Positions 38,087 to 48,507 of a stretch of 64,000 bases of DNA are shown piece by piece. Each line of letters opens with the position of its first letter. Position 1 is the stretch's first letter. A program made the translations under genes and the position numbers. Origin of the DNA: Candidatus Doudnabacteria bacterium (GTDB lineage Bacteria > Patescibacteriota > Doudnabacteria > UBA920); NCBI GenBank assembly GCA_963768175.1, contig CAVYGQ010000001.1:574305-638304 (forward strand). The letters run 5' to 3'. The notes beneath the pieces are model-generated. The model saw only the letters and a program-made list of their open reading frames with translations. It was not told the DNA's origin and did no database searches.

Positions 38087-38566
38087 CTAATTATTTGATC
38101 CCATTAGCAATGAGAAAAGCCCTAAACCCCCTCCCGATGCGGCCGGGTAATATTTGCTGATTATCACTTCCGTAGAAGCTCCTGCTACTTGCGGCCGAGC
38201 TGTATAGACGTTTTGCGTTCCCAAGCCCAGATAGTTTGATATCTGCGAGCCAGCTCCCTGGCCAATGAAGGCCAAGTTATCCGCAGCTAAAGCATATCCC
38301 GGGGCTTCCGGCCGAATTAGCTGGGCGTAAACAAACTTGCTATAGCTATTTGAGACTTTATCTAAAACAGCCATAACCTTTGCCGGCCCTAAGGTATCCG
38401 GAATAGGGCTGTAGACCTGCGTGAAACTGGCGTTGCTTACGGTTATGGCAAACATAAACGACATTGAAACGAGCGCCACCCCAAGCAGGCTTAAAACTTT
38501 TGCCGGTGTTTCTTCAGTCATAATGATTAATTTTGAAATTCCATTCTCTAGTTTACCCAGCACCAC
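38087..38566 (-). CDS. hypothetical membrane-anchored protein
   Basis: N-terminal TM then Ser/Ala/Gly-rich domain. Confidence 0.4.
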   Translation of the reverse strand: MVLGKLENGISKLIIMTEETPAKVLSLLGVALVSMSFMFAITVSNASFTQVYSPIPDTLGPAKVMAVLDKVSNSYSKFVYAQLIRPEAPGYALAADNLAFIGQGAGSQISNYLGLGTQNVYTARPQVAGASTEVIISKYYPAASGGGLGLFSLLMGSNN

Positions 38567-38856
38567 TTTTTAACGCACTGTTTTTTACTAAAACAACAAT
38601 ATGCCGTTTCTTTTTTATTATATAAGTAGGCATTTTGTGTCAAAAAGTGGTGCTGGGTTAATCCGCTCCCCAATTGAAAGAGCCGATGTTAATGGAATTC
38701 CCTGTTATTTTCTGCCAGAGGCGGATCCGCTTTCGGCGGAAATTGTTTTTTGTTTTAGTTCTAACTTTTGTTTCTTTTGAGTCAAGTATTTCCGCCTCTG
38801 TTTCAGAGGCGATCGACCATGAAACACCTTACTGATATATTATAGCACAAAATAAA

Positions 38857-38887
38857 AAATTCCGCAAGGGGCGGAATTTTTTTACAA
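38857..38887. terminator. hairpin terminator downstream of ftsZ
   Basis: AATTCCGCAAGGGGCGGAATT flanked by A/T runs. Confidence 0.5.
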
Positions 38888-38888
38888 G

Positions 38889-40085
38889 CTACTTCATTTT
38901 CTTTCTAATAAACGCAGGGATGTCCAGCTCGTCTTCATTATTTTCCGAAGGCTGGGGCTGGGGATTGACGATTTCTATAGGCGGGACGGGTTTGGGATTA
39001 AACATCGGCTTGCGGAATTCCGGCGGAGACATTACCGGGGGGGTAGCGGCTTTTGGCTCCTGGATTTTCGGCTTCCTGGATTCATCGTTTAAAACCATAG
39101 CCGCTGGCGTAACCCTTTTGCTACTTTCGTCAAAGCCCGTGGCAATAACCGTAATGCGCACTTCGTCGCTCATGGATTCGTCTATAACCGCGCCGAATTT
39201 GACTTTGGCGTCAGGATCTATATTCTTGGTAATAACCTTGGCGGCTTCGTCTATTTCAAACATGCCCAAGGAACTGCCACCCGTAATGTTAAACAATACA
39301 CCTTTGGCACCGTCTATGGTCATCTCCAGCAAAGGAGAACTAATGGCCGCTCTGGCCGCTTCCTGGGCGCGGTTTTCGCCCGAGGCACGCCCAATACCCA
39401 TTAAGGCGGTACCAGCATCCATCATAATGCTTTTGACGTCGGCAAAGTCGGCATTAACAATGCCATGAGTGGTAATTAAATCGGAAATCCCGGCAATCCC
39501 TTGGCGAAGAACCTCGTCCACGGTTTTGAAAGCATCCACCAAAGAAGTTTTTTTATCTATAATCTGTAAAATCCGATCATTGTGAATGGAAATTATGGCA
39601 TCTACCTTATCTTTTAAGTTATCATAGCCGGTCTCGGCAATTTCTTTTCTCTTGCTGCCTTCAAAAGTAAAAGGCTTGGTAACCACCGCTACGGTTAGAA
39701 CAGATTTGTTCTTGGCCAGCTCCGCCACAATTGGCGCGGCTCCCGTGCCGGTGCCGCCGCCTAGACCGCAGGTAATAAAAATCATATCCGCGTTGTCTAT
39801 AACCTCTTCCAGATCTTCCACGCTCTCTTCGGCCGCCTGCCTGCCCAAATCCGGGTTCATACCGCTACCTAAGCCTTTGGTTGTGCCTTTGCCAATATGG
39901 ACTTTGCGGTCGGCCTGGTTGTTGTGCAAAGCCTGGGCATCGGTATTTATTGAAATGAATTCCACACCCTTTATGCCCAGCTGGGTCATGCGGTTAACGG
40001 CGTTAGTGCCCGAGCCGCCGATGCCCAAAACCTTAATCCTGGCGAAAGTCTCAATTTTGGGTTTGACTTCCATAAATTTTTTCAT
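38889..40085 (-). CDS. ftsZ: cell division GTPase FtsZ
   Basis: [25 protein letters not shown]-terminal DIPAFIRKK peptide. Likely start MKKFMEV. Confidence 0.95.
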   Translation of the reverse strand: MKKFMEVKPKIETFARIKVLGIGGSGTNAVNRMTQLGIKGVEFISINTDAQALHNNQADRKVHIGKGTTKGLGSGMNPDLGRQAAEESVEDLEEVIDNADMIFITCGLGGGTGTGAAPIVAELAKNKSVLTVAVVTKPFTFEGSKRKEIAETGYDNLKDKVDAIISIHNDRILQIIDKKTSLVDAFKTVDEVLRQGIAGISDLITTHGIVNADFADVKSIMMDAGTALMGIGRASGENRAQEAARAAISSPLLEMTIDGAKGVLFNITGGSSLGMFEIDEAAKVITKNIDPDAKVKFGAVIDESMSDEVRITVIATGFDESSKRVTPAAMVLNDESRKPKIQEPKAATPPVMSPPEFRKPMFNPKPVPPIEIVNPQPQPSENNEDELDIPAFIRKKMK

Positions 40086-40301
40086 AGTCTCTGACTTCAG
40101 AATAATAGATAAAAAAAATAAAATCAAGCGCCGGACAACTTATACTGCCTTTTGCGATTGATTTTTGTTTTAACCGCTGTTTTGGCGGTGGTTTTTGCTT
40201 CAAAATGATTATAGCATAACCACGTTATAAGACAAATAATCTATAAATAAAAAAGACCTTTTTAGGTCAAAATTCGGTTGATGGGGCGAAGAAAAAAACA
40301 A

Positions 40302-40336
40302 ATTTAAAAACCCCGTTCCGTTGAACCGGGTTTTTA
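40302..40336. terminator. hairpin AAAAACCCCGTTCCGTTGAACCGGGTTTTT
   Basis: Downstream of the 40472-41674 gene. Confidence 0.4.
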
Positions 40337-40471
40337 AATTGACGGGGAGAGCAGACATGGGCAGTCTGACTCTCCTCGTTGGAGCCCTGCAGCGGGTCGT
40401 TCTATTGGTTGTGTTCTCGGGAAAGATAGGCATTTGGTTCCTCCTAGACCAAATCATCTAGAGCCTAAGAA

Positions 40472-41674
40472 CTACTTGCGAAGACGGATGAATCGGAAAG
40501 ATCGGTTGAAGTGGCTAAAGCCAGCTCCGTGGTAGCCGACAAACCATCCCCCATAATACCAACCAAGGACATACACTTCACGTCCGCTGTCCTCGCTCAA
40601 CGCAATGGTGCGTGGCAGGAGGATAACAACTCCGCCCTTATCAATGTCTGTTCTAAGGTCTGGCGGTATAATGTTCTTACCCTCTTTTTCGGCATCAAGC
40701 ACTAATTTACCGAGGCCAAGACTCCCGATGGCTCCTACCTCTTTTGCTCGTTTAAACATTGTATCGCTGTCAATCGAGTTTTCATCTCCCCGCACCGGGC
40801 AGTATGAAAAGTCAAGATTGGCGAGATTAACACTACTTTCTAGGTCATCAGTTAAGATCTGATGCCCCTTTGCTAGGAGACCGGTGTCTTGGGCACGAAG
40901 CGGTCTGACGATGTTGCCGCCTTGTCTTTCTGTGCTGTTGACTTGTTTCCCTTGTTCCCGAGCTCTCGCCTGTTCGGCAGCCAGTCGTTCCGCCAGTTCT
41001 CTGGCCTTTTGCTCCGCTTCACTATTTCTCTGCTCCAGTTCGGCCTTCTGGCGTTCCAGGTCCTTGGTTCTTTGCTCCAGCTCCGACCTTTGCCGTTGCT
41101 GTTCCAGTTCTTTCTCTCTGGCTTTTTGTTCCTCTTGTTCCCTGATTCTTTGTTGCTCCTCATCTTTGAGCTTCTGTTGCTCCAGCTCTTTCGCCTTTTG
41201 TTCATCCATTTGTTGGATGACCTCCGGCGTGAGTGGAAGAAGCTGGGTGCCGTAGCGAGGGTGAAACTTGTAACCCAAGGGCAGCAGTTCAATCCTGTCG
41301 TCCTGGGCTTTGTAGTAGCGGTACATCGCTTGGCCGGTCATGGGGTTGAAGTAGTGGCCTTGTTTGGGCTGAGCGAGGAAGTACATAATCACCAGCCAGC
41401 TGGAAACGGCCGAGGCGATGATTATTACCTTCTTGGTGGTCCGCCTAAAAAACAGCGCGGACAGGAAGGTGGGGATGAGCAGCATGGTGACCACGGTCAG
41501 CCAGAGGCTGATTGCCCCGTTTAAGGTGTCGGGCAGACCAGCCATGTTTTGGAGGTTTCCGAAGAACCAGGAGTAGATACCCCAGGCCATCAGCAGGTCC
41601 AGCAGCCGGAAAGTCAGGAAAGCACCGGCTGCCAAGGTACCGTAAAACAACCCGCGCTTGACTATGCGGTTCAT
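40472..41674 (-). CDS. multi-TM membrane protein with E/Q/K/R-rich coiled coil and unique C-terminal domain (paralog A)
   Basis: 400 aa. N-terminal ~190 aa is homologous to the 46880-48283 product (YRYYKAQDDRIELLPLGYKFHPRYG vs YRYYKADNGRIELFPLAQKYHRRYG). ELEQQ-type heptads follow. Confidence 0.5.
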   Translation of the reverse strand: MNRIVKRGLFYGTLAAGAFLTFRLLDLLMAWGIYSWFFGNLQNMAGLPDTLNGAISLWLTVVTMLLIPTFLSALFFRRTTKKVIIIASAVSSWLVIMYFLAQPKQGHYFNPMTGQAMYRYYKAQDDRIELLPLGYKFHPRYGTQLLPLTPEVIQQMDEQKAKELEQQKLKDEEQQRIREQEEQKAREKELEQQRQRSELEQRTKDLERQKAELEQRNSEAEQKARELAERLAAEQARAREQGKQVNSTERQGGNIVRPLRAQDTGLLAKGHQILTDDLESSVNLANLDFSYCPVRGDENSIDSDTMFKRAKEVGAIGSLGLGKLVLDAEKEGKNIIPPDLRTDIDKGGVVILLPRTIALSEDSGREVYVLGWYYGGWFVGYHGAGFSHFNRSFRFIRLRK

Positions 41675-41808
41675 TGAGCGTTCCTCTTTCTGTTTGTGGA
41701 ATGTGCTACATCAAGCTTTCGCTTGACTTAATATCATATTCCAACAAAAAAGAGCTGCCAATGACCTCAAAACAAAAAAACGCTTTTTTTATACCTATTT
41801 ATTAAATT

Positions 41809-42150
41809 TCAAACCTTATTATTTTTTCGGCTCATAACTGTCTTTAAAAACTCATGCTCCTTTAAAAATGCGTCTTCCAATGCTTCCGCAAAACCGGGAA
41901 TCTCCGCCGTAATCCGGGTAATCTTCTCTTCCGCAGTTTTTGGATCTTTTAATGCTTCCTGAATTTGTAATTTTTGTTCCGGCGTTGCCATCATTATCAT
42001 GGTATCCAAAACCACATTTTGGTAACGTTCCGAAAGCATGACAAGAGCTTTTTGTTTTTCTTGTTCCGGCAAGTTGTCCAAATTCAAATCCGCCAAAAGC
42101 TCTTTGACTTCGCCTTGCGCATCGGGTTTCCTATTTTTTTGCGTGTCCAT
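41809..42150 (-). CDS. hypothetical protein
   Basis: 113-aa ORF 18 nt downstream of the 970-aa gene. Confidence 0.4.
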   Translation of the reverse strand: MDTQKNRKPDAQGEVKELLADLNLDNLPEQEKQKALVMLSERYQNVVLDTMIMMATPEQKLQIQEALKDPKTAEEKITRITAEIPGFAEALEDAFLKEHEFLKTVMSRKNNKV

Positions 42151-42167
42151 AAGTTAAGTTAGTTATT

Positions 42168-45080
42168 TTATTTTGCTCTCGCTTCCGTCCTTAATTCCGC
42201 GCTGGCAATGTTGCTGGCTTTTTCAAAATATTTTGGCTTTATCCGCTTTAAGCCTTCCATAACTGTTTTCAGATGTTCCGCGTCCTGCTCTTTTTGCCCG
42301 CCCTCTTTTTTTGCCTGCCTGACAGCCGTAATAAAAATTTTATAAATTTGAACTAGCGGGCCAAGAGCTGCGGCTGGATCTTTGTCAATTTCGGGTTTTG
42401 TTTTTTTATAATCTTGTCGTGACAATAATTCCAAAATCTCGTCAATTTGCGAATCGGACAGCAAATTTTTGGCTCTTATTTCCTGCCAAACCTGGCTAGT
42501 CGGATTTAGATATTTCGCCCAGGCTTCTTTGTTGACGCCCAAAGCTCCGGCCTCGGTTTCCAAGGGGTTTTGCTCTTTTGCCGGAGTTTCCAGTTTAACC
42601 TCGGTCTGGATTTTGAGAAACAAGCCCGGTGCTAATTGTCCAAGCTCGTCCAACAAACTACCTGCCTTATCTTTTTCCCTACTAGACAAAACAGTTTTAT
42701 ATAACTCTTTCAATATTTCTATGCTGCCAGATGCGTTATACTTCTCAAAACCTATAATTAAACTGCGTCTGAACTTTTCCGCATCTCTTTCGCCAAAAAG
42801 CGCATTAACCGGACCGCCTGATTTTTCCATTATCAAAAACCATTTATTCAACCTCTGGGTCGGCTTGTTGCCGTTCTCTTCAACTTTTTCGGGTGTAACA
42901 ATTTTTAGCCTGAAAGCCAATGCGCACAAATCCCTCTGCCAACCTTCCAGATTGGGAATTTTGTTGGCCGCTTCCCTTGTCCGCGCTTCATCGGACAAAA
43001 CGACGACTGGTTCTGGCTTAGAAATATTTATCCCAAGATTTATTTCCCCTATATTTAAAGATATAGGAGCTTTAGACTTTTGACGATGCGACCAAATTTT
43101 GCCGTACAATTTTGCCGTTTCCTCTACCGGCGTATTAATGACTTTGGCAATGGGTTTGGCTGCTTTCTCGGCAGTACGCCTAATACGTTCAACCACACCT
43201 CCGCCACCGCCTCCACCGCCTCCACCGCCCCCGCCCGATCCTCCCCCGCCGGCGGTCATTAAAGTTTCTACGGATGAATTTCTTTTTTTATGCAAAACAT
43301 AAGCCGCGCCAAGCGATGAAAGTGCAAGAATTGCCGCCCCAGTCGCTATTACTTTACGCTCTTGCTCATCGGCAGCCAACTGCTCCGCAGTCGGCTTAAC
43401 GGCTTCATGGGCCGCAACGGCAGCGGCATTAGCGCCGGTTTCCGCCGCGTGCTGCGCTCCGGTCTGGGCCGCGGCTTTTATTACCTGCCCTGTTGCCTCA
43501 TGGGCAACGGCAGCAGCCTGTTTTAAGGTTTCCTCTAAAACCGGTACATGCACGCCGTTGGCTTCGGCAATTTTATACAATGCCTCGGCATGATGAAGTT
43601 CAAAGCCCGACTGCATATGGATATCCGGAATGTTTCCATGGATATGATGAAATCCCGGAAAATCGGCCAAACCGTGATGCGCCGTAATTTCAACACTGTT
43701 AAGCGCGGACAGCTGTTTTGTACCTTCATTTATTAATTGGTTACTGGGATGCTGGACGCCATGAGCCACATACCATTCTTTGACCGAATCCCAAACTGTC
43801 TTTTTCATCTGGATTTTCAAATCCACCGCCGCTTGCTGCACAGATTCGTGCGCGGATTTGACGGCTTCGCCAATCGCTCCATGGTTGGCGGCAACAACTT
43901 CCGCATGCCTGCTTATGATTTCTTGAGCCGCTCCGGCGGCATGATGCGCGCCAGTGGCCAAATCCACAATAGCGCCAGCTATCGCTCCGCCAACCGCTCC
44001 GGCCAAAGCCCCATACAAAGCGGCTTTGGCAATCTTGCTTTTATCCTTAGTTAAACCGTATCGCTTTAAGATTTTTTCCAGTTCCAAAAAGGTTTCCTGG
44101 TTTGTCCGTGTTTCCGTACCCGAAAAAGTAGCGCCATGAGCAGGCGCAGCTGTATGGCCATGAGCCTCATGCGTCTGAGCGACAGACACTGGTGCGGTCG
44201 CGTGAGTTGCCGTTTCCGTAGACTGCGAAGGAGGCTGCAACCAAAAACTATCGCGCAAAGCCAAAACTTTTTGTAAACGATTTGCGCCTTCCAAATTCAG
44301 CCATTCTTTCTTTTTTACCAAAACCGCCAAATCCTGCAACTGCCGGTATAAATCAACTTCCTCATTAACCTTGGTTTCCAAACCGTGCTGGTGCAAAGCC
44401 TCGGTGATTGCGATATACCGTTCCACCTGCGCCAACGGCGTTAAATTACTGGCATCTGCCAAAAGCTGCTTATAGGTATCCAAAGATGTAAAACGTTTCT
44501 TTTGTCTATGGCTTTCTCTGGCATATTCCCAAGTTCCTCCAACCGCGGCACCGGCCAAAGCGCCCGCACCAATAGTACCAAAATCAAGAAGTCTTTTTGC
44601 CCCCTCACGCACCACATATCCGGCTACGATTTTGGCCGCCACTCCTCCCGCCGCCAAACCGGCGCCGGATCCCCATTTGGCCGACTGCCAAAACCTGACT
44701 TTTTTCCCAAAAACTTTTTCTTCTTTCACCCGTCTGGTTATTTCTCCCGCATTTTGCCTCACCACCCTTTGCTGCTCGGGTGGTAATTGCTGCGTAGCGG
44801 TATCAACCGCCTGCTCAACCGGATCCCCGGCTTGGGCTTCGGTTTGTCTTTCGGGACCTGCTTCATGATTCTGTCCGGCCTGCCCCTGTTCTTGTGCGCG
44901 CACTCCCCCAGCTGCTACCGCGGGTGCGGCGGATTCAGGAGTTGCCGCAGCGGGCGCTTGGCCGTTTTCCGACGGTAAAGAATCCAAATCTCTGCGCAAT
45001 GCGGCGTTGGCATCAGGAGCTGTTTCGGTAAGCCCGTTATGATGTCTTTCTGCCATAAAATCAAATAAAATATTTCGCAT
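42168..45080 (-). CDS. 970-aa hypothetical protein with glycine-zipper segments, His-rich region and a 17-residue poly-Gly linker
   Basis: Glycine-zipper ALYGALAGAVGGAIAGAIVDLATGA; His-rich HHGLADFPGFHHIHGNIPDIH; linker TAGGGGSGGGGGGGGGGGGGVV. No recognisable catalytic domain. Confidence 0.5.
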   Translation of the reverse strand: MRNILFDFMAERHHNGLTETAPDANAALRRDLDSLPSENGQAPAAATPESAAPAVAAGGVRAQEQGQAGQNHEAGPERQTEAQAGDPVEQAVDTATQQLPPEQQRVVRQNAGEITRRVKEEKVFGKKVRFWQSAKWGSGAGLAAGGVAAKIVAGYVVREGAKRLLDFGTIGAGALAGAAVGGTWEYARESHRQKKRFTSLDTYKQLLADASNLTPLAQVERYIAITEALHQHGLETKVNEEVDLYRQLQDLAVLVKKKEWLNLEGANRLQKVLALRDSFWLQPPSQSTETATHATAPVSVAQTHEAHGHTAAPAHGATFSGTETRTNQETFLELEKILKRYGLTKDKSKIAKAALYGALAGAVGGAIAGAIVDLATGAHHAAGAAQEIISRHAEVVAANHGAIGEAVKSAHESVQQAAVDLKIQMKKTVWDSVKEWYVAHGVQHPSNQLINEGTKQLSALNSVEITAHHGLADFPGFHHIHGNIPDIHMQSGFELHHAEALYKIAEANGVHVPVLEETLKQAAAVAHEATGQVIKAAAQTGAQHAAETGANAAAVAAHEAVKPTAEQLAADEQERKVIATGAAILALSSLGAAYVLHKKRNSSVETLMTAGGGGSGGGGGGGGGGGGGVVERIRRTAEKAAKPIAKVINTPVEETAKLYGKIWSHRQKSKAPISLNIGEINLGINISKPEPVVVLSDEARTREAANKIPNLEGWQRDLCALAFRLKIVTPEKVEENGNKPTQRLNKWFLIMEKSGGPVNALFGERDAEKFRRSLIIGFEKYNASGSIEILKELYKTVLSSREKDKAGSLLDELGQLAPGLFLKIQTEVKLETPAKEQNPLETEAGALGVNKEAWAKYLNPTSQVWQEIRAKNLLSDSQIDEILELLSRQDYKKTKPEIDKDPAAALGPLVQIYKIFITAVRQAKKEGGQKEQDAEHLKTVMEGLKRIKPKYFEKASNIASAELRTEARAK

Positions 45081-45112
45081 ATATTATAGTATTTTTCCCT
45101 TAAAAATGCAAA

Positions 45113-45140
45113 AAACCGAAAGATAAACTTTCGGCTTTGC
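45113..45140 (-). terminator. intrinsic terminator downstream of the 45375-46424 gene
   Basis: CCGAAAGTTTATCTTTCGG hairpin followed by a U-run on the minus strand. Confidence 0.45.
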
Positions 45141-45374
45141 GAACCTTTGCGCCCAATTGCGCAAAAGCTTTACTTCATTTGATGCGTTTGATGTGTTAGC
45201 TTCGCGTGCCGCCATACTCCGCAGCAGTGGGTTTCATTCGGCCCCTTTCGGGACTTCCACATCATCCGTTACAACTGGTTACAACAACCTCTTCCCGCGC
45301 AGCATATGCTATCTTGCTACGCTTGGACAAGGGCACTGCCACCCGGTCAATACCTTCGGCCGGGAGTTACTGCT

Positions 45375-46424
45375 CTAGCTAGTCACCACCGGCGGCTCCC
45401 CTTCGGGATGCTCGATGGCGGCAGCCGGCTCAGCGGCCACTTCCGCAGGCAGCTCGCCCTCTTGGGGCGGCTGTTCAACCGCGGGAGCCGGTTCGGGAGC
45501 CGGTTCCTCGGCCACAGGGGCCGGAGGTTCGGGAGTTCCGCCACCATTCCGCTTCCGTGCCTTCAAAAGCACACGGGCCAATGCCTGATTGGCCGAAATG
45601 TTTTCCGGCGTGTCCGGCAGTTCGGTGGTGGGTTTCGGTTCGGCCGCGGCTGGCGCAGCATTGGCTTCTTCAACGTGAGCTTCTTCAGCCGCGGGAGCGG
45701 CAGCGGGGACTTCAACGTGCTCTACAGCCAAATCGGTCAGGTCGGGCGCGGGAGCCGGGTCTTCATGGTGTTCTTCTGCAGCGGAAACCTCTTCAGCCGG
45801 AGGGACGGGCGGCACTTCTAGGCCAAGACTTCCATCATCTGGGAGCTGCCTACGGCGCCAGCCGATGAAATAACCGATAGGGCCGACAAGTAGGAACAGG
45901 AGCGCCCAGAGCGGGAAGTGATTCTTGTCCTGCTCTTTCTTCAGGTCGTCCTGCGCCGTCTTGAGAGCGGCTTCGGCTCTGTCCGCGCGAGCGCTGGCAG
46001 CAATGAGGGCCTTGTTGAGCTCATCAATCCTGCCTTGCTGGTCAATACACGGCGGGCCATTGGTCGTGGCTGACCGGGAGATAGCCCCCGGGGTGCAGCC
46101 TTTGGACGGGCCAAACTTCGCCTGCTCCGCCGCGATGAACGCGACGTAGGCGGCGCGGTCAGGCCGCGCGTCAGACGGCAGATAGAGCGTCTTGTCCGTC
46201 ATAGTCCGCACCTCATCGGGGCGGATGACGGAACCGTTCTTGTGCTGCAGCTGCGGCACAAGGAAATGCGAGTGCCCGGCGGCTTTGAGAGCCGCACCGG
46301 GTCCGCAGTTGGCCGTCGGAACCGTGAGCAGGTCCGTGGCCATTACAGGTGCCACCGCAAGCATCGTCGCAAAAAAAACCGCGAACGGCTGCCCGAAGCG
46401 CCTTAACATCATCTGAAGAATCAT
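45375..46424 (-). CDS. secreted protein with central TM helix and Ala/Pro/Glu-rich disordered C-terminal tail
   Basis: Ribosome-binding site AGGAGGAG before MILQMMLRRFGQPFAVFFATMLAVAPVMA signal peptide. TM helix FPLWALLFLLVGPIGYFIGW. C-terminal (A/P/E)n. Confidence 0.5.
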   Translation of the reverse strand: MILQMMLRRFGQPFAVFFATMLAVAPVMATDLLTVPTANCGPGAALKAAGHSHFLVPQLQHKNGSVIRPDEVRTMTDKTLYLPSDARPDRAAYVAFIAAEQAKFGPSKGCTPGAISRSATTNGPPCIDQQGRIDELNKALIAASARADRAEAALKTAQDDLKKEQDKNHFPLWALLFLLVGPIGYFIGWRRRQLPDDGSLGLEVPPVPPAEEVSAAEEHHEDPAPAPDLTDLAVEHVEVPAAAPAAEEAHVEEANAAPAAAEPKPTTELPDTPENISANQALARVLLKARKRNGGGTPEPPAPVAEEPAPEPAPAVEQPPQEGELPAEVAAEPAAAIEHPEGEPPVVTS

Positions 46425-46560
46425 CTCACTCCTCCTAGAGCGTGCATGAGTGGCGAGACCCCCACCCAAGCTCTGGAATGTACTGCCAGTCTCGTTAACG
46501 GCTACTATTATTTATATAACAGCCACAAACGAGGCCAAAAGTTGCGTTTGATTTTTGGAT

Positions 46561-46598
46561 ATATATTATAACAAAAAATCCGTCTCTTGTCAATAGCC
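46561..46598 (-). promoter_or_regulatory. consensus sigma70-type promoter (TTGACA-17-TATAAT) for the 45375-46424 gene
   Basis: Minus strand reads TTGACAagagacggattttttgtTATAAT. Confidence 0.5.
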
Positions 46599-46636
46599 AT
46601 ATCCTCTATAAAAATGAGGCTTGACTGTACGGTTTA

Positions 46637-46800
46637 TTAAATGTTCCTCTTTCTCTATTTTCAATCAAGGTTGTCCAGCCGAAGCCGGATCTGTCCACTT
46701 TCCTTTTGGGAAACTGGGCATATTGAGCTTCGTTGTAAAGATTTAAAATGGTGATGAGGGAAGAAGGAACAGCAGGTCTTTCTTCCCCCACGGTTGAACG
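46637..46800. repeat. copy 1 of a ~160-bp repeat (AAGGTTGTCCAGCCGAAGCCGGATCTGTCCACTTTCCTTTTGGGAAA...CCCCCACGGTTGA)
   Basis: About 90% identical to 48284-48440. Confidence 0.7.
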
Positions 46801-46879
46801 GTTTGTAAACAGGCGATCAGATCGTTAGCTTTTCCGGCCATACCAGACAGGCTAATAGAGTTTGTCATAGTCTTGGAGT

Positions 46880-48283
46880 TCATGACCACGTCCCCCTAAG
46901 GCTGATGCGCACTGGCTCAAACTGGCAATGGTGGAAGGTCAGGCCAGTTAGTCCCGGGCTAAGCGGACCGAAAGTGTATTGGACAGTGTAACGGTTCTTA
47001 AGTTTCCGGCAGGGAAATCGTTTACCATTTTTTACAACGACTTCGTCGTAGTATCCGCTGTCGGCAACTACCGGGTAATACTTACCGTCACTGCCAAACA
47101 ATTTGGTCCGTTTGTTGGGGTCGCCGGTTGTCGAGAAGAGATAGTTACCATCGGTACGATATCCGTTCCCAAATTGATGCGAAATGAACCAGGCTGTTAC
47201 AATCGTCTGGGACTTACTGGCTTCCACACTCTCTACCTGCATCAGGATGTCGTCGTCTTGAGAGCTTACTTGGTCGCTGGCTTGGCCGTAAGTGATGGAA
47301 ACCAACTGGTCAGACAGATGGTAATCTTTGGGTCTCATCAAGTAGGAAGGTGTCGCCTGAGGCTTTTTTACAAATGGCCAGCCTCGAGGCCAAATATCAT
47401 GCATAAGCCCGTAAAGGTAAATCGCGCCTAGACCACAGAAAACTACAGCGCCAAGACACATCAGAGTGACAACCTTTGCTCCACTACTTATTTCATCAGC
47501 CTTGCGTTCTAGGTCCCTAGTCTTCTGCTGCAGCTCTGACCGTAGCTGTTCTGATTCTTTGGCTTTCTGGTCAGCCAGCTCCTTGGCTTTCTGTTCCAGC
47601 TCGGCTTTTTGTTGTTCCAGGTCCTTGTTTTTCTGCTCCAGCTCAGACCTCTGCCGTTGCCGTTCCAGCTCTTGTTCTCTGGCTTTCTGTTCCATTAGTT
47701 CCCTGGCTTTTTGTTCTTCCTTGTCCTTGGCCTCTTGCTTGTCCAGCTCCTTGGAGATCACCGTGGTAAGCAGGGGAAGCTCCACGCCATAGCGCCGGTG
47801 ATACTTCTGGGCCAAGGGGAATAGCTCAATCCTACCGTTGTCAGCCTTGTAGTAACGGTACATAGGCTGGCCAAGACGGGAAAAGTGCTCCCCTTCCCTG
47901 GGTTGGGACAAAAAGTACATCCCAACCATAACAACCGAGAGTGAGGCGCAAAGAACCAGCGCCTTCTTAAAGGTGTACCGGAAGAAGATCAGCGAAATTG
48001 CCACGGGCAGGAGCAGGACAGCGGCCACGGTCAGCCAAATGCTGATCGCACCGGTAAGCAGGTCGCCCAACCCGGCAATTTCCTGAACCTTCTGGAAGAT
48101 TGTGCTGAACATCCAGCCGACCATGATCAGGCGGCTGAGCCAGAACACGATGGGGACGCAAAGGATGCCGATAACAACAGCACCCCAAAAACCCACACGG
48201 CCAAGACGCCTTACGAGCCTGACGGCACCGTAAAAAGCGCCTAACAAAACCACGACAAGGACAATCCATGCGTAGTTGTTCAT
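46880..48283 (-). CDS. multi-TM membrane protein with E/Q/K-rich coiled coil, fifth TM and unique C-terminal domain (paralog B)
   Basis: 467 aa. N-terminal region and coiled coil homologous to paralog A; divergent C-terminus. Confidence 0.5.
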   Translation of the reverse strand: MNNYAWIVLVVVLLGAFYGAVRLVRRLGRVGFWGAVVIGILCVPIVFWLSRLIMVGWMFSTIFQKVQEIAGLGDLLTGAISIWLTVAAVLLLPVAISLIFFRYTFKKALVLCASLSVVMVGMYFLSQPREGEHFSRLGQPMYRYYKADNGRIELFPLAQKYHRRYGVELPLLTTVISKELDKQEAKDKEEQKARELMEQKAREQELERQRQRSELEQKNKDLEQQKAELEQKAKELADQKAKESEQLRSELQQKTRDLERKADEISSGAKVVTLMCLGAVVFCGLGAIYLYGLMHDIWPRGWPFVKKPQATPSYLMRPKDYHLSDQLVSITYGQASDQVSSQDDDILMQVESVEASKSQTIVTAWFISHQFGNGYRTDGNYLFSTTGDPNKRTKLFGSDGKYYPVVADSGYYDEVVVKNGKRFPCRKLKNRYTVQYTFGPLSPGLTGLTFHHCQFEPVRISLRGTWS

Positions 48284-48440
48284 TTAAGGTTCCTCTTTCC
48301 ACTTTTCAAGGTTGTCCAGCCGAAGCCGGATCTGTCCACTTTCCTTTTGGGAAAATGTTCATATTGAGCTTCGTTGTAAAAATTAAATGGTGGTGAGGGA
48401 AGAGAGGCTAAGAAACAACCCCCTTCCCCCACGGTTGAGC
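48284..48440. repeat. copy 2 of the ~160-bp repeat, forming the 5' leader of paralog B
   Basis: Begins at the start codon and ribosome-binding site of the 46880-48283 gene. Confidence 0.7.
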
Positions 48441-48507
48441 CTCCATGCGGAGGGCTGTGGTTGGTGACCGGGCGCGATAGAGTTTCATCGCATCGGCCGG
48501 AAGACAG

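Noticed and set aside
40873-41524. Overlapping ORFs on both strands in the coiled-coil-coding region (139, 123, 211 aa)
   Set aside because: They are frame-shifted or antisense readings of the E/Q/K/R-rich repeat region of the 400-aa membrane protein. Such low-complexity DNA is open in many frames.
46606-46791. 61-aa minus ORF inside the 160-bp repeat
   Set aside because: The second repeat copy is not open in the equivalent frame, so the element is probably non-coding.
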